A program made the translations under genes and the position numbers. A stretch of 64,000 nt of DNA from contig OZ024743.1 in the NCBI GenBank assembly GCA_964016885.1, positions 56,296,001 to 56,360,000 on the forward strand. Direction: 5' to 3'. The notes below the pieces were generated by a model. It was not told the origin of the DNA, did not search any database, and was given only the letters and a program-made list of their open reading frames with translations. The number at the start of each line of letters is the position of its first letter. The stretch's first letter is position 1. The DNA is from Eledone cirrhosa. Taxonomy: Eukaryota. This document shows, piece by piece, positions 1 through 14,463 of the stretch.

Positions 1-277
1 ATATATCTTTCTTTAACTCTATCTTTCGCTGGAAGAATTCTAATAAATTGAGACCTGAAGAGGGACCGGCTTCGACAGGCTAAGATGCCCATGACATACC
101 GTAACATAGTAACAACGCCTCAATGACTCCAAGAGTTGAGGGCATGGTGGACCATAAATATAACGTTCAAAGGTAAATAACTCTCGTTTAGTTGGTTATG
201 CTGATTTAAAGTTATTTCCCTTTAAAAATTCGTAATCTTGCGTTTCAGAGTTCAATTCTACGGCTTTTTTTTTTATC

Positions 278-435
278 ATAGCTTCGGGCTGACTCAAGCT
301 TTGGTAAATGGAAACCTGTCAGATGGACTCTACCTGTAATTTAAAGGTCTAGCAATTTCAAATATTATGTCAGGCTAAATCGGGAATTACATTAAAGGTA
401 CACGTGCCTTTGGAATACTCAACGACTTACTCTCG
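278..435. mobile_element. Diverged cephalopod interspersed-repeat (SINE-like) fragment
   Basis: Resembles, from memory, common octopus repeat segments (gcttcgggctgactcaagc...; aaggtacacgtgcctttggaatactcaacgactt); not verified by search. Confidence 0.35.
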
Positions 436-1007
436 GGTCTCGAATCATCGTTCATCCCCGCCCTTATTAACTTTTCAGATTTTTTTCGTACACCCCATTC
501 TTATCCCAACCCCTCTCCCTGCTTATTAAATTTTACTAATCTATCACCGGCGAAATTTGATTTTTATTGGTAGCATTCCTGCAACAGTTTTCTTTAGACA
601 TTAAAACAAAACACATACATGACAAAGAGTACATTAATAGAAATTCCATATTGTGAAATAAATAGGATGTGTTGGGGTCTCAATATGTAAACTAAATTAC
701 TAATTCTGGTTTGTAAAAAAAAAACAACGGAGACAACCTAGAAAATTAGAAGGGAATATGGTAATATGAAAACAGGAGGAGGGGTTGTTAAGGGAAGGGA
801 ACATAAAATTGAATTAAATAAACTGCTCTATCACATATCACTGTTCTCTCTCTCTCTTTCCCCCTCTCTATCTCCCTCCCTTCACCCTCTCTCTTTCTCG
901 ATATAAACTATATACAGAAGACTTGAAACCTACACCTGTATGAGACACAAACACACCCAAACACCCACCCTTTCTATACACACGCACACATCAAGAACGT
1001 TTATATG

Positions 1008-1191
1008 AAATAGGATTGGGAGGTAACCACAGTAAAAGAAAGTACTCAATACATTGGTAGAGTATAAGTATCTTTGTTTTATATTGAAATGACTTCCACA
1101 GGACTAGATTCATTCGTATGAAATCATCCCGATGATTTCATGCGAATGAAACATTTCTAGTTCTGTGGAAATCATTTCTATATAGAATAAA

Positions 1192-1193
<2 letters not shown>
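1008..1193. mobile_element. Small fold-back element: aagtactcaatac head plus ~120-bp hairpin containing a hammerhead-like core
   Basis: Arms 1071-1128 and 1131-1193 are near-perfect reverse complements; + strand reads CCGATGA-tttc atgc gaat-GAAA-cattTC. Confidence 0.55.
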
Positions 1194-1234
<41 letters not shown>

Positions 1235-1436
1235 CACAACACACACACAACTCTCTCACACACACACACACACACACAACACACACAACACACACACAAC
1301 ACAACACACACACAACTCTCTCTCACACACACACACACACACAAAACACACAACACACACACACAACACAACACAACACACACACAACTCTCTCTCACAC
1401 ACACACACACACACACATATAAATATATATATATAT
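1194..1436. repeat. (CA)n/(CAA) compound microsatellite
   Basis: Direct inspection. Confidence 0.95.
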
Positions 1437-1442
1437 AAAACA

Positions 1443-1540
1443 AAGGAATTGTGGTAAGGAACCAGATGGACCATAACGCACCAGAGTAATCAATACTTAA
1501 GGTAGTAGAGTCGGAAATAGGAAGAAGTACTTGTTCCTAT
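1443..1540. mobile_element. Short repeat family in (TA)n (probable PLE terminal fragment), collapsed-hairpin copy
   Basis: Homologous to 8567-8670 and 20096-20285. Confidence 0.6.
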
Positions 1541-1588
<48 letters not shown>

Positions 1589-1763
1589 TTAGAGAGGGTC
1601 ATATTATTGTAATATTGCCAGAAATAACAGAACACACTCACTGTTAGGTTGGTTTTCGCTTCTGTATCTTTTATATCTCCATAGTTAATTTATTTGGCAA
1701 TCAATGTTTATCATTGATTGACCAATGGTTAAAAATACAGATATAAATATATATATATAGCCT

Positions 1764-1805
1764 ATCAATGTTCTTTCGTTGCACATCTGCAACATCATCA
1801 GTGGT
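1764..1805 (-). ncRNA. Degenerate hammerhead ribozyme motif
   Basis: Minus strand: acca CTGATGA t gttgca gatg tgcaac GAAA gaac at tgat; similar to the 14688 motif but cleavage triplet and stem I are damaged. Confidence 0.4.
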
Positions 1806-1849
1806 CCTATTATGTTTCCCCCTGTTGTATTGTATGTCTACGGCATAGC

Positions 1850-2050
1850 ATGGTGGTGGTGGTGATTGTGGTGGTTGCGGTTGCGGTGGTTGTCGTGGTG
1901 ATGTTGATGATGGTGGTGGTTGTGTTTGTGGTGGTGATGGTGGTGATGATTGTGGTGGTGGTGGTTGTGGTGGTGATGATGGTGATGGTGGTGGGGTGGG
2001 GTGGAGAGTAGTTGAAGTGGTGGTGGTGGTGGTGCGGTGGGGGGGGGGGG
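1850..2050. repeat. (GGT/GAT)n low-complexity trinucleotide tract
   Basis: Direct inspection. Confidence 0.9.
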
Positions 2051-2199
2051 TACAGTGTTGGTTGATGAAGTGAAGTTATTTAGTTTTTCTTGTGCCTCGT
2101 CCGTTATAGGCTTCCGCTATTTCCACAGTATTCCAGAGAGAGAGAGAACAATTCTATACTGATACTTTGTTTATCGACCCCGGAAGGATTAAAAGTGGC

Positions 2200-3060
2200 G
2201 GGAGACCCAGGGATAGACTCCATGCAAGATGGTTGGATAACAACCATGAGTTTGGCTAGTCTCGCTTGGAGATCCAGCCGGAAATGCTGGAGCCGTTTAC
2301 TTCTGACAGGACCAGCTGGAAAGAGTGTTTGAGGACTCTGCCCCACGATCTTCTTAGTAAAGAAAATAGGACGAAAGCTACTAATTCAATTCAACTTACA
2401 AATTTTCAATCGTTACAGTCTTATAAACACAATGCGCCGGCTTCAAGACTCAGTCATCAGTAGACGGAAGGTAGATGTAAAAGCCAAACTCGTTATCTTC
2501 AATTCGGTATTCGTACTAATCCTTACCTATCGCCATGAATAGTGTAATGACTGAAAGAAAACAATCACGAGTACAAGCGGCCAAAATGGGGTTCCTTTTC
2601 GGGGTCTTTGGAGTAACATTACTCGATAGAGTGCGTAGTTCGGAGATCAGCGAGTCACTCCAGCTAGTTCTCCGGATCGAGAAATTATAGCTGAGCTCTG
2701 ATACCATGAGCACGTGGTTATAATGTCTGGGGGAGAATTATTTGACAGATTTTACGAAGGGAAACTAACTGACAGGAGATCCAGAGGCGGACCACAAGCA
2801 ATATTGTTTGATAACATTTATAAGTTCGGTTGGTCTCGCTTGGGGATCCAGCTGGATCATTCAGAGATGATTGCTTCTGATAGGACTGTTTGGAAGGCCT
2901 GTTTGAGGACTCTGCCCCTACGACACTCTTGAGAAGAAGAAGAAGAAGAAGAAGAAGAAGAAGAAGAAGAAGAAGAAGAAGAAGAAGAAGAAGAAGAAGA
3001 AGAAGAAGAAGAAGAAGAAGAAGAAGAAGAAGAAGAAGAAGAAGAAGAAGAAGAAGAAGA
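2200..3060 (+). mobile_element. Degenerate RTE-clade LINE 3' fragments with (AAG)n tail
   Basis: Frameshifted translation gives VMTERKQSRVQAAKMGF..GVTLLDRVRSSEI (post-RT region of RTE elements); 3' end duplicated at ~2200-2350 and ~2790-2930; (AAG)n at 2931-3060. Confidence 0.7.
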
Positions 3061-3199
3061 CTGCTGCTTTCCGTGTTTTGAGGCGACGCTGGAATGCCCT
3101 CGTCATTTACCAGTAGTTTCTTGAAAGCGAACAAATTATGCTTTCAATCATTAGAATGAAAAAATCCTGGTGTATTTATTGACATTGGATTTTAAAAAC

Positions 3200-5850
<2,651 letters not shown>

Positions 5851-6362
5851 CGTATTTCCAAGAATGTATGAGGATTTCTGAGAAAAAAAAAATATATATA
5901 TATATATATTATATATACACACACACACACACATATGTATATATATAATATATAAATATGTATACACATTATATATGAGCATACATGCATACACACACAT
6001 ACGTATATACATATATATGTGGGTGTGTTGTTATCAACAATAACTTAAGTGTTATGTAACATTATTACACCCCTTTTTTCCCTCTCTCCCTCCCTCAACC
6101 CCTCTCCCTCCCTCTACCTCACTCCCTCCTTCTCTCTCCCTCTTTCCATCGCTCTCTTTTTCTCTCGCTCACACACACTCTCGCACTCATTTTTCACAAA
6201 CAAATTTTAGTTTCAATTTCAAATTTTTCTCAGAAATCCTCATACATTCTTCTAAATACGATATTTTTTCGAGTATAAAAGTTGTTATAAACATCCTCGG
6301 GGCTATAATTTAAACAGTTTTCCAGTTTTCTCACTAACAAGTTTGTCATCAGAATTGAGAGA

Positions 6363-7841
6363 ATGATACCAAGGATATTTTATTTCCTTTTGCTAATCAC
6401 ATTAACAGTGAAGAGTGAAGCTAATGTATCTGAACCTAATATATCAAATATGTTATCACTTTATGGTAACACTACTTCATCGGGTAAACATCCATCCCTG
6501 TGGTTTTTTGTACAAATGATAAACATCCTAAACTGTGGATCATTACCAAAATTAAAAAACAGTCGGATACAATATGTTATGAAAAGGAACGAAGAAAAGA
6601 TATATCTGGAACAAAAGTGTAACCGCTATTTTGAAGCAAGCCGAGAGAATACGACCGACGTTGTATGTTTGAATGGTAAATGGATATATGACGATAAACT
6701 ATGTAAGTTAATAACCTGTCCAACTTTTCATAAGCCTGTTCATAGTTACATGACTGATGTTACATACACATATAACTCTGTTATCTACTTTTCGTGCTTT
6801 CCTGGTTATTTTTTACGAGGAAACAGTTCAATACGCTGCGAAGAAACGAAACAATGGTCATCTCCAGCACCAGTTTGTGAAACTGTTACATGTCTTCCAC
6901 CACACGAGCTAAATCATGGCAATGTATCCAATACAAAGAAAATTGCATTTAATGAAACAATTTCTTTCAGTTGCTCGGAACCATATACTTTGAAAGGTGA
7001 ATCTGTATTAACATGTCTTGAAGACGGTAGATGGAACTTTCCAGCACCGGTATGCACTATTAAGTGTCCTGTACCTGAAATTCCTGGGAGAGTCGTCGAT
7101 ATTTCTCAAGATACAATTTTGAAACCAAGAACATTAATTGATAATGGAAGGAGTGTAATATATTCCTGTAATCGGTCTTTTATACCAGTATCATTTGGAA
7201 TCGTTCGGTGTATGTCAGGGAGGTGGATTCCACCTATACAGTGCAAAGTTGCATGTAAAATTGAGAAGCTAAATGGATTAAATTATATATTATCACGTAA
7301 TGCCTCCGTTATTGAATATAGCTGTTCAGCAGGGGAAACGTTGAAGGGAGATTCTAAAAGAAACTGTTTAGAAAATGGAACCTGGAGTGGAAAACTTCCA
7401 GTCTGTGTAAAATACTGCCAACTTTCACCCAGTTTTGGCATTTTTAGTTACCGAAATTCAGACAATTTACAATATTTTCCGTTTGCCAGCATGGTTCCAG
7501 AAAACACCAATATTACATATTCATGCCTAGATCAGTTTGTGAGGAGGCCTAAAGAGAGAGTGGTGTGTCATGATGGCGTATTGACCCCAAAACCAAAATG
7601 TTTATTCAAAAATTTTCGGTTGGATTATGAAAACTTTCTCATTTTCAAAACGACATCTGATTATCGTGTTTGTAAGACCGATTTTTCTTGCGTACATCTT
7701 GGTTACAGTCAGGGTAATTGTGAACATATCACATATGAATATAAGAATCGTGTCAAATTGAATATTATAAATGAAACAGAAGTACATATAACAGAATACG
7801 TTTCCCATTATGACTGCTGTGTTATGAAATGTTATGAATGA
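6363..7841 (+). CDS. Secreted Sushi/CCP-domain protein (signal peptide, 6 CCP modules, C-terminal Cys-rich tail), single coding exon
   Basis: 492-aa uninterrupted ORF; hydrophobic N-terminus MIPRIFYFLLLITLTVKSEA; six C...C...C..G.W....C modules (e.g. SCFPGYFLRGNSSIRCEETKQWSSPAPVC); many N-x-S/T sites; no TM helix; candidate branch point/acceptor ctaac...cag just upstream; attaaa downstream (~7951, ~7997). Confidence 0.85.
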   Translation: MIPRIFYFLLLITLTVKSEANVSEPNISNMLSLYGNTTSSGKHPSLWFFVQMINILNCGSLPKLKNSRIQYVMKRNEEKIYLEQKCNRYFEASRENTTDVVCLNGKWIYDDKLCKLITCPTFHKPVHSYMTDVTYTYNSVIYFSCFPGYFLRGNSSIRCEETKQWSSPAPVCETVTCLPPHELNHGNVSNTKKIAFNETISFSCSEPYTLKGESVLTCLEDGRWNFPAPVCTIKCPVPEIPGRVVDISQDTILKPRTLIDNGRSVIYSCNRSFIPVSFGIVRCMSGRWIPPIQCKVACKIEKLNGLNYILSRNASVIEYSCSAGETLKGDSKRNCLENGTWSGKLPVCVKYCQLSPSFGIFSYRNSDNLQYFPFASMVPENTNITYSCLDQFVRRPKERVVCHDGVLTPKPKCLFKNFRLDYENFLIFKTTSDYRVCKTDFSCVHLGYSQGNCEHITYEYKNRVKLNIINETEVHITEYVSHYDCCVMKCYE

Positions 7842-8054
7842 CTAATATTTACTTAAAAACTTTGTTTTCCACACAGACTTATAATTGCTTGTATATATGT
7901 TACTTGCAATCAAACATATATTCCCGCCTTACTTTGCCATAACAAGAGAGATTAAAGACGTTTAATAACATTACTCATAGCAAATACAATTGTGCCATTA
8001 AAAGAAGTTCAGTCTCCAAAATAATTGTTCTGTTTTATTCAATTATTGTTCCTG

Positions 8055-8545
8055 ATTTTATTTAATGCAAGATTTCCATCAAACATTCTATTTTATTTAA
8101 GCCAGATTTCCATCAGACATTCTGTTTATCTAATGCAATATTTCCATGAAACATTTTAATTATTTCAGCAAGATTTCCATCAAACATTCTATTTATTTAA
8201 TGCAATATTTCCATCAAACATTTATTTGTTTAATGCAATATTTCCATCAAAAATTTTATTTTGTTTCAGCAAGATTTCCATCAAACATTCGATTTTATTA
8301 AATGCAATATTTCCATCAAACATTCTATTTATTTAATGCAAGATTTCCATCAAACATTCTATTTCAGCAAGATGTCCATCAAACATTCTATTTATTTGAT
8401 GCAATATTTCCATCAAACATTCTATTTACTTAATGTAAGATTTCCATCAAACATTCTATTTATTTAATGTAAGATTTCCATCAAACATTCTATTTATTTA
8501 ATGTAAGATTTCCATCAAACATTTATATTTAATGCCTGATTTTCA
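8055..8545. repeat. ~34-bp minisatellite, ~14 copies
   Basis: Unit approx. atttatttaatgcaagatttccatcaaacattct. Confidence 0.9.
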
Positions 8546-8566
8546 TCATTTATATATATATATATA

Positions 8567-8670
8567 ACGAAGGAAATGTGGTAAGGAACCAAGTAGACCA
8601 TAACGCACCAAAGTACTCAATACTTAGGGTAGTAGAGTGGGTAATAGGAACGAGTAGGACCTCGTTCCTA
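8567..8670. mobile_element. Short repeat family in (TA)n, collapsed-hairpin copy
   Basis: Near-identical to 20096-20190, ends ataggaacgagtaggacctcgttcctat. Confidence 0.65.
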
Positions 8671-8688
8671 TATATATATATATATATA

Positions 8689-10128
8689 TAAATTAATATT
8701 TGATGAACATTTACATGTTTTAGTTGCAATTGACTAATAAGATCACTAGAGTGAAAAATCTTAATTCAACAACATAAAGTCTGCTTGTACGATCTAAAAA
8801 ATAATAAATCAATACTCACAGACTCATATGGGCAAAAAGCCTTGGTACCTAGACACGTTTAAAATTCAAAATACAAACTTTTTCCGCAGATCGGTCAGAA
8901 CTTCAAACTTCAAACATGTTTCACAAAGGATGGTATAATAGTAAAATAATTAACTAATTAGCAGTGAGTTAATCAACTTTTTCTGTGTTTATCAATAGGT
9001 ACCCAGATAAAATAAAATAACCCTACCTCAGAAAGATATCTAAGGTCTGGTTAGCGTAGCGAAAATACACGAGGTTTTGCACACGGCTTATTCCAGTCCT
9101 CTACGTCCCACACATAGTGCTAGAAATAACAGCCGTTTATATGGGATATTTTTCTGAGGTAGGGTTATTTTATTTTATCTGGGTACCTATTGATAAACAC
9201 AGAAAAAGTTGATTAACTCACTGCTAATTAGTTAATTATTTTACTATTATACCATCCTTTGTGAAACATGTTTGAAGTTTGAAGTTCTGACCGATCTGCG
9301 GAAAAAGTTTGTATTTTGAATTTTAAACGTGTCTAGGTACCAAGGCTTTTTGCCCATATGAGTCTGTGAGTATTGATTTATTATTTTTTAGATCGTACAG
9401 GCAGACTTTATGTTGTTGAATTAAGATTTTTCACTCTAGCGATCTTATTAGTCAATTGCAACTAAAACATGTAAATGTTCATCAAATATTAATTTATACT
9501 GCTCAGAAGCGATTCCTAGAGCTGAAATGATTGTAAATGACCCCATTGAGTCTAAACTCTAAGCTATTTATCACTGCTCCCCCAGGTGAGCTGAATTTTG
9601 TAATCCCATATAAACGGCTGTTATTTCTAGCACTATGTGTGGGACGTTAGAGGACTGGAATAAGCCGTGTGCAAAACCTCGTGTATTTTCGCTACGCTAA
9701 CCAGACCTTAGATATTTTTCTGAGGTAGGGTTATTTTATTTTATCTGGGTACCTATTGATAAACACAGAAAAAGTTGATTAACTCACTGCTAATTAGTTA
9801 ATTATTTTACTATTATACCATCCTTTGTGAAACATGTTTGAAGTTTGAAGTTCTGACCGATCTGCGGAAAACGTTTGTATTTTGAATTTTAAACGTGTCT
9901 AGGTACCAAGGCTTTTTGCCCATATGAGTCTGTGAGTATTGATTTATTATTTTTTAGATCGTACAGGCAGACTTTATGTTGTTGAATTAAGATTTTTCAC
10001 TCTAGCGATCTTATTAGTCAATTGCAACTAAACATGTAAATGTTCATCAAATATTAATTTATACTGCTCAGAAGCGATTCCTAGAGCTGAAATGATTGTA
10101 AATGACCCCATTGAGTCTAAACTCTAAG

Positions 10129-10135
<7 letters not shown>
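8689..10135. repeat. 566-bp unit: one inverted partial copy (8689-9147) plus ~1.75 tandem direct copies (9145-10135), bounded by (TA)n
   Basis: gatatttttctgagg at 9145 and 9711; left arm is the reverse complement of the unit. Confidence 0.9.
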
Positions 10136-10167
<32 letters not shown>

Positions 10168-10551
10168 CCTTTGTCAAGGCAGAATTCTAGGAGAAGGAAA
10201 ACTCTGATATAACACCTGCAGCTCTGATGGTATCCAATGATGTTGATGTGTTCTTTTTGGTAAATATCATCTTGGTTAAGAGAGTGGGACTGGCTTTGTG
10301 CAGTGCCTTTGCTCACTATAAAAGCTTCACGGCACAGGCATTACTTTATATCTGGAGATCTCTCTGAACTTGTCACATAGTAACATGGGCTCAGCACTAT
10401 GTGTCAATAATTGTCACAAGTGTAGTGTTTGTACCAGAGTTTTCAAGTCGCTGGGTGGACTAAAAAGCCACACTCGCTCAGCGCATCAGTAGGAGTTCTC
10501 CTACATGGATATAAAGTAGTGGCCGTACTAGAAAACGAGTTGGCAGCCACC

Positions 10552-10626
<75 letters not shown>

Positions 10627-11005
10627 GGGACTGCTGGAAAGCTTCCATCACTCATACTTCTTGCCTCCTTCACCACCTCTTCTACGGCTTCGATATAAGT
10701 ACCCCCTCCACCTCCGTGGTATTTTCTTCGGGGTTATAAGAGGCTTAGCTCTGTTTCTCGACCGTTATATCGCGTGACTATCTCCCCCTCCGCCTTTTGG
10801 GATTCTTTCTCACGTCGTGTAGACGCGTTCTTGAGACTAGTAAAATGAGGTATCCTCTTGATAAGTCGGCAGACCTCGCAAGGACTCTATATCTTTATGA
10901 TGTATTGTTTATGCCACGAAACTACGTAGTCGAGGAATCTAGGAGCAGTTTAGGTATGATACATTTTATTACTAATTATATCTAAATGTTTCTTCCCTCT
11001 TCATA

Positions 11006-11042
<37 letters not shown>

Positions 11043-11046
<4 letters not shown>

Positions 11047-11620
11047 AGTATATTACACAAAGAGAAGTGTGTTACACAGTGGGATGTGTGTAAAGAATTA
11101 TTACAATTATTACAACTGAATGGTTGGGCTGCTCTCTCTAGCATTTTCCCCAATCCATGAGAGCCGTTATTTGATGCAAATAACACGAGATTTCGCCCTA
11201 CTCTGGGCAGCGTGTATATTAGCTTTCTCTCTATCCATGAGGTTAGATGTGTCGGGAACAGAATCCACACTTGCTGACTGAGGAACCTGTGGGCTGTTAA
11301 ACTGCACATGTCTGGCGAAACGAACTAGATTCGTATCAGCAAGCTTATAGTTATAAGGTTGGTCATTTAAAACTCTACTTCAGAGATTTGATTCTGACTT
11401 AGTTTTTTTCTACTTAATCTGTAGATATTGTTCTCCATACATTAACGGTTAAACTCACTTGTAATAATTCTTTACACACATCTCACTGTGTAACACACTT
11501 CTCTTTGTGTAATATATTTGTATTTGAGCTCAGAAGAAATTTCTCTATTCTTCTTTGAGCTAATATTATTATTATTATTATTATTGTGAACTGCGGAATA
11601 CTCTTAATTCCGATACTTGT
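11043..11620 (+). mobile_element. Small non-coding element with ~64-bp inverted repeats (11043-11106 / 11459-11522) carrying a hammerhead; probable PLE pLTR derivative
   Basis: Inverted repeat seen directly; flanked by (TA)n. Confidence 0.6.
11270..11343 (+). ncRNA. Type I hammerhead ribozyme with full-length stem III
   Basis: cttgctga/tcagcaag stem I (8 bp); CTGAGGA 11278-11284; GAAA 11317-11320; stem III acgaa-ctaga-ttcgt; GUA at 11333-11335. Confidence 0.85.
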
Positions 11621-13421
11621 ATATATATATATATATATACTGTGGTGGGAAAGGGGCTGTAATCTTGAACGGCTGGCATCATTTTGACGTCTTCAGTGCC
11701 CCTAGGCGCCTTAGTCTACATTGGTCAGGTACACACCCGCAATTATGCTGTATGCGGCATTCATCATAAATAAATAATGTTTTGAGGGAATTTAAAAAAA
11801 AAAAAAAACCATGGGGATATTTAGCATAACATTTGTAGGACACAGCCTTAGGATACACTCCGCTATACATATTTCAAAAAGAAAAGGAAAGAGAAAAAGA
11901 AAGAACCTGTAGCAAGAACGTTTTCAAAAAGAAAGCTTTCAACAGTCATTCAAACGGAAGGGCTATATCAAAGGTGTTTTCAACAAATAGACCCCATTCT
12001 ACACTCACACACTGGACTCAGGGTAGCGCGCATAGCCAGGACGCCGCACATATATAGGCAGATGGGAAAAGAAAAATCCATGGAAAGTCATCCGTACCCC
12101 CACGCAGACATGCTCAGACAAATACATCGACCCATGGATGCAAACACCCGTGCTCATGCATGTCTGTGAGGACACACATACATACATGCACCCGCGTGCT
12201 CCCACACCGGATGTATATATTTGATGAGTATCCCCCATCCGTCTTCCCGCGCGCCGCTGCGTAGATGGTGCACACATTATTGTATGAGACAACGCATTTG
12301 AGGCCTTGCCCCAACCGGATCACGTGGCGGTGTGAGCCCGAAGGTGCCTGCACAATATGCCTAAATGTTACGGCAGCACAATATCCCTGCACTAACCGCA
12401 TGTAGCGTGGGTGGCACATATATATAAAAAAAAAAGCCTGTATGCACATAACGTAAAATAATGAAATAATATACAATAACAAAATAAAATAAGATAAAAT
12501 ACAATAAAATAAAATGTTGGATAAAGAGAATGCCTACATGACAGGATGCAGAGGGGGACCAGGCATTATCGAGGTGTGTTTGAAGTTTCATTCAATAGTT
12601 GGGGGCTGTGGTGAAAATGTTTATATGATATACATGGGGCTGTTGGGCTAAGGTACTGGGTGGGAGCCTGCACATGATGCAGGTCCCGCTGCTTGTGGAT
12701 AGGTGTGGGTCGTGCGTGCGTGCACAAACAAGTTATATATATTGTGGTTATGTGTAACATTCATTTCATAAAAGTATATATGAGATGTGCATGGGTTTGG
12801 TGTATACATAGAATATGAAGGGTATGTGCTTCATAGCAATATATATAGAATGCACGTGGAGTGTATGTATGATGAACTGTGCCATTATTTTTAATTCCGA
12901 CATTCTTTTGTAAGGACACCCCTATAAATATATTTTAGATGTAGATTGATAATCTTTTAATGACGTTCTGGAAATGTATCCTTTTTAAGATAGTTCTTCG
13001 AAAAACACATGACATTTTTCCTCTCTCTTTTTGTTATCCAAACATTCACACATCTTTCGACTAAAATAATGGATCTCACACAAAATAATATATCATTTTT
13101 TCTTTAATTTTAATGGTTAACAAACAACATTGGAGTTATCTTTCCTTTCTCAATCGTTACAAACATAAACATTATTCTCAATCGATTTTTTGTTTGATAA
13201 TCTATATAGCTTCGTTAAATTAACAATATTCTGAAAACATTCTCAATGTTGAACATAATGTTTGAATCCACAAATTATTCTACTCTCACAACTTGAACCA
13301 CCTATTTTTTTAAAGTAAAATACAAATTCAACTTCCTTCGTAACTCATATTTGATATATAAACAATCAATACATACGCAACTTTATATGTATATAAATAT
13401 CTATATATAGAGAGAGATTTA

Positions 13422-13900
13422 TGGCATACGTCAAAACGGCCGGTCTCAAAAGTGAAACTAACTTTTGACAATTACGTACACGTTATAAGAGTTATTTAAA
13501 TTTATATATATAAAATAAAGGAGCAAATAAGAGCATGATATGAAGTCAGTCATGTGTGTGTGTGTGTGTAAACGAATCTAAAAGTACACACATATACACT
13601 TATATATGCACACATACACACTATAATATATACACGTGTGTGTGTGTAAAATTCTAGGAAACCTTATCTATGCCCTACATATATTCTTTTACATTCGTTT
13701 ACACACACACACACATATATACACACACACACATATATACACACACACACACATATATACACACACACATGACTGACTTCATATCATGCTCTTATTTGCT
13801 CCTTTATTTTATATATATAAATTTAAATAACTCTTATAACGTGTACATAACTGTCAAAAATTAGTTTCACTTTTGAGACCGGCCGTTTTGACGTATGCCC
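13422..13900. mobile_element. MITE with ~145-bp TIRs, probably PIF/Harbinger type
   Basis: (g)ggcatacgtcaaaacggccggtctc...gagaccggccgttttgacgtatgccc; flanks tta/taa. Confidence 0.75.
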
Positions 13901-13929
13901 TAATTGATTATATATACAATATTATATCT

Positions 13930-14386
13930 CATAATATAGGTAACAAATCTTTTCCCCAAAATTAATGTAATTCCTAGCCCTTCCTCCTTTCTCTTTCCTA
14001 CGCATACAATAACTTATCATATTTAAATTTTCCATAGCGTCTAAAATAACGTTTTTTTCAACCCTTTTACATTAACCTCATTTGCATACTCATCTTAATA
14101 ATTTGAAATATCTGACTTTTTTCTCTTCCCTTCACTTTCCAGGGATAACTTGAACCGTTAAGGTTATGTTAAATATTTATAAAACATTTTGTATTTTATC
14201 TGATGATAGCGTACCAAAATGTTGGTACCCTTGAAATATATAATAGAATAAATGTGGTTTTATAAATATAGTTTCCATTTATTTAATATCATTGTACATT
14301 ATACTCCAGAAAACTTGTTGAGTGCTCTAAATCAGTTATAAACATTTATATTTGTTGAATTACCAACAAATTGAATATCCCTTCTG

Positions 14387-14390
<4 letters not shown>
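13930..14390 (+). mobile_element. Solo PLE pLTR (same family as 5560-5850, 42480-42740, 58920-59280)
   Basis: Shared ggttttataaatatagtttccattt and atcagttataaa motifs. Confidence 0.7.
14192..14250 (+). ncRNA. Type I hammerhead ribozyme
   Basis: tattttat/atagaata stem I; CTGATGA 14200-14206; gtacca/tggtac in stem II; GAAA 14233-14236; palindromic ATATAT stem III; AUA. Confidence 0.75.

Positions 14391-14460
<70 letters not shown>

Positions 14461-14463
<3 letters not shown>

Noticed and set aside
50-95. CTGAAGA followed by GC-rich sequence
   Set aside because: No downstream GAAA core or closing stems
8695-8770. TTGATGA...GAAA in the 566-bp unit
   Set aside because: Stem I and stem II pairing unconvincing in AT-rich sequence
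11640-13380. Moderately GC-rich stretch with several short ORFs
   Set aside because: No recognisable domain, termini or repeat partner in the window; left unclassified
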